This document shows, one piece after another, positions 60,453 to 64,000 of a DNA stretch of 64,000 bases. The notes beneath the pieces were generated by a model. The model had not been told where the DNA came from, made no database searches, and was given only the letters and a program-made list of their open reading frames with translations. The stretch covers positions 4,962,001 to 5,026,000 of the forward strand of contig CM119371.1 of the NCBI GenBank assembly GCA_051294905.1, read 5' to 3'. Every line of letters begins with the position of its first letter. Position 1 is the first letter of the stretch. Source of the stretch: Botryllus schlosseri. Its lineage: Eukaryota. The position numbers were made by a program, and so were the translations under genes.

Positions 60453-62769
60453 GATTACCAGAGAACCCGGCCCTTGGAGAACCCGGCCCTACCAACTCGG
60501 CCCTCGGACAACCCGGTCCTTGGAGAACCCGGCCCTGGGGAAATTTTGTATATCAAGCACGCGTGGTCTACTTGTTGTGGTATTCACGGTGTTTTTCGAA
60601 TACTCTGGACCTCTGTGAATGCGGCCCTCGAACAATTTTGAATTAAAAAATGCATTAAATGTGTACCCGGCCCTCGGGAAATTTTGTATTCACAGGCAAT
60701 CCTAATATCCCACCTCCGGCAACCCTAATATCCTAACCCTACCCCTAATATCCCACCCCCGGCAACCCTAACCCTACTACTAATATCCCACCCCCGGCAA
60801 CCCTAACCCTACCCCTAATAACCAGGCCGTGTTATTTTTGGCATTTCAGCAGCCAGATGCCAAAACTGCCAAAAATAAAAATTTGAAAATGCCAAAAATA
60901 AGCAATTTTTGGCATATGCCAAAAATAACACAATCTGCCAAATAGTGTATTTCGTTCATGGTGTTGTGTTAACAGGACCGTGTTACAAGCGATAAGAGCA
61001 TTTGTGAAAGGCAGGTTTCTTAATCTGGGCCCAGCCCACCCATTAGGGGTGAAAGCATGGTGTCCTAAATGGTGTGGGCACAGCGAGATTGAACGGCTGA
61101 CTGCATTCGGTTTACGTCATACTTGTCATTTGTCCAAAGGCAATTTTACGACCATTTTTGATCGTCTTGTCGAGCGCTAAATTTGATAAAACGTGTATCA
61201 ATGAGCAGCTGCCGGAGTACTGATTATTAAAATATAAATTATATTCTGCTCATGAAACTGGAACCCCCAAAATCAACCACGATTTTTGCATTGTGATCAA
61301 GTTGAACATTGTGACGCAACAAACTGTCTGGCTAATTCTGAGCTGCATAGTCTCGTTTTGCCAGACAGTCTTGTTGCGTCAATGTTTTTAAACAAGCTAA
61401 CCTTCCTAGGGCTCTTCCATGCGAGTTGGTAATATTAAAGCCACCTGAAGTGACAAAAGTCCTCCGAAGATCTATCGGTAGACTGAAGGAGAAATGATAG
61501 TCGGGCTACGACATAGAATTTGTTGAGAGACAACACAGGAAACTGCTGGAAAAGTATCGGGAAGAAAATTCTTTCCGCGATTAGATCGATGGCACTGGCG
61601 AAGTGATCTCTTTTCATGATGCATGGAAGCCGGTTCGGCCCTCCAAAGATTTCGAAGCTCTGAAAACCTTTTGTGGATGACTGGCAACATTCTTTCCCTC
61701 AACGGCTACTGTTGAGGCCGATATTTCCCAGATTCGCTGGGCGAGAAATGAATTTAGGAGAAACTTAGCTGACCTGAGTTTGGAAGCACTGTTACAGTGC
61801 AAACGATTTAAGTCTATTCAACAGCTGTAACAAACAGCTGTTGAGCGTGTTTGTTAGGCTTTTCTTTTTTTTTGCTCATTGGCACCGATTCCGATGGACA
61901 CTGCATATTTTGTGGTTTCGTTTGATATTATTAACCTATGAAATCGTTGGGTATTTTTTTCTTCTTATTGTTTGTTGGCACTGATTATACGTGGATGCTG
62001 CACATTTTGCGGTGCCTTTTGACAAACCAGCCCAAATAAAGCGTTTTTGTGACTAATTCGAGGCTGGAACTATCTATTTAGAGGACGATGCCAAAACTGC
62101 CAAAAATAAAAATCGAAAAATGCCAAAAATAAGTTATTTTTGGCAGTTTTGGCATATGTCAAAAATAACACGGCCTGCCTAATAACCCACCTCCGGCAAC
62201 CCTAATATCCTACCCTAACCTTAATATCCCACCTCCACCAACCCTGATATCCCACCTCCCCCAACCCTAGTATCCTACCCGAACCCAATGTCCCACTCCC
62301 AGAACCCTAATGTCTCCCCCCCTACCCTACCCTACCCAACCCTAACACCCCACCTCAACCTACAGTTGCAATAACGAGCAGACCACACCTGGTTGATATG
62401 TGAGCAATAACAATCGTTGGGATATATTTTTCATCTGAACAAGTCACACACAATATACAATGCGATGTCATGAACAGATACGAGGATGTCGAACGTCCGC
62501 CCCTCGCCAAGTCAATTCAACAATGAGCCGACCACGCAATCGTGATCACGTGATCTGATCACTCCGTGACTGCGTGACCTACGCATGCCCTGACCTCCTT
62601 ACAAGACCGACAAATCAGTTGATAATAACATTATTACTTTATTATTTCATGTTAGTACTTGTGAATACACTTAATTTCAAAATTTCCCGAGGAATTCACA
62701 GAGGGCCGGGTTCTCCAAGGGCCGGGTTCTCCGAGGGCCGAGTTGGTAGGGCCGGGTTCTCCGGCCACC
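60453..62769. mobile_element. TIR element with (gagaacccggccct) subterminal repeats and internal CCCTAA-rich arrays
   Basis: Inverted arrays at 60460-60550 and 62680-62769; ccctaa-like repeats at 60700-60820 and 62180-62360. Confidence 0.72.
60823..62177 (+). mobile_element. hAT-like element with 9-bp TSD and a C-terminal dimerisation-domain remnant
   Basis: CAGGCCGTGTTATTTTTG...CAAAAATAACACGGCCTG termini with TSD cctaataac. Remnant LATFFPSTATVEADISQIRWARNEFRRNLADLSLEALLQCK at ~61681-61830. Confidence 0.85.
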
Positions 62770-64000
62770 ATCCTTATAGGATAGCTATTGCCTGTTTCTA
62801 GTCTATTTTGGAAAAGCTGAAAATTTGCTAGCTGTCCAAGTCTAGCTGTTAATTTCTACTCGGAGATATTTTGGAATGAGCAGAGAGCTTGGTATTTTGC
62901 TATCAAGCCAAGCTGTATGCAATATGCAAGTTGCTTGCGTAATCATTCGCATCTCCAACAGGACTGGTGCGCCCGACATAACCGTTGGCCTGAGCAATCG
63001 CGTCTGTAATTGTAATACTTCTCGTGCGCAAGATGTCGTGTGTCGCTGGCCGGAACTAACGCGTCGCCGACCTCACAGGCTTGGGCTACTATCTACTCTG
63101 GTTTAGAGACAATGCTGGTAATTGTAATATGATCAGCGATGGTTATGTCATGATTGTTGAACAGTGACATCGCAAAACAGAATGAGGTGGAATACTAAAA
63201 CAACTATTCATGTACTGTTAATGAATGGTGCGTACTATTAACAGATAACATAGGTATGGCTGTAAAAACTTCCTTGTAGTTCTAATTTTCAAGTAGTTCT
63301 AATTCTAGTTCATGATTTTGAATAGCGTCCAGTTATAGTTCTCGTTGCGCATTCAAAAGAAAATGACCTGCCGATTAACTGAAACTTGAATCAGAAGTAG
63401 AGAACGTGTTGTCCTCTAATAATGTAAATTGTGTTGCCCTTGTTTTATTTGGTGATGTTCTTGCCAAGAATGTAATAACTTGAGTCATGACTCGATCCAG
63501 ACTCAAGTCAGGACTTTCTGATGACTCAACCAAGGACCAAACAGAAAATTTCACTGACTTGAGCGTAACTGGTAAATGTCTGTAGCTGTTAACAGACTTG
63601 AACGTCGAGATAGTTCTGGTTGTTTCATCAGTTTAATTAGAGTGACATGCCAGTAATAGTAATCCAATACTAATCTAATTTTTGCAATATGTCGTTATTA
63701 TTATTTACTGTCTGATTTTCCTGGAAATGCTTCGGGTATAGTACATTATTCAGTGCAATGTGTAACGAGTGAAGCTTGCCGTACAGACATTTGCTATTCT
63801 TATGTTTATGAGAATGGACTCTGATATGAAGTGAGCTTAATTCAAGTTTTCATGAATTTCGAAAAGCTGAAAATCTATTTGTCCAAGTCTGCCTGCTATA
63901 TGCTAAGACATTTTCTGGAAAATACACATTGAAGCAACGTGAGGCCCTCAATGAGGACACCTTTTGTATCATGCCATTCATATTACATAGCACATTTTAA

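Noticed and set aside
60700..62360. Interstitial telomere or chromosome-fusion scar
   Set aside because: The CCCTAA units are degenerate, single-orientation and enclosed by the TIRs of a mobile element.

Overview
Eukaryotic, AT-rich, transposon-dense 64 kb window, probably from an invertebrate animal (species not determinable from the sequence). Four main components. (1) Two degenerate, intron-containing Polo-like kinase 1 (PLK1)-like pseudogene mosaics point away from each other: a minus arm at ~6.8-19.3 kb and a plus arm at ~40.6-50.6 kb. They form a large interrupted inverted duplication with largely complementary exon losses. (2) Between the arms lies a single-exon tandem C2H2 zinc-finger ORF (36826-39531, 31 fingers) built as an 84-bp minisatellite. 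Its variation is concentrated at DNA-contact residues and it has one in-frame TGA. (3) Two long foldback elements (28.7-31.3 kb and 33.1-34.8 kb) each consist of two copies of the same end of a hATm-like transposase element, and there is a near-perfect P-like palindrome at 17.2-17.8 kb. (4) A 5'-truncated CR1/L2-group LINE with one frameshift, further LINE 3' ends, tRNA-derived SINEs, and many nested non-autonomous hAT, Tc1/pogo-like and CACTA-like elements, often with intact target-site duplications. No uninterrupted host gene is evident. Protein and family assignments are by-eye motif recognition, not database searches.
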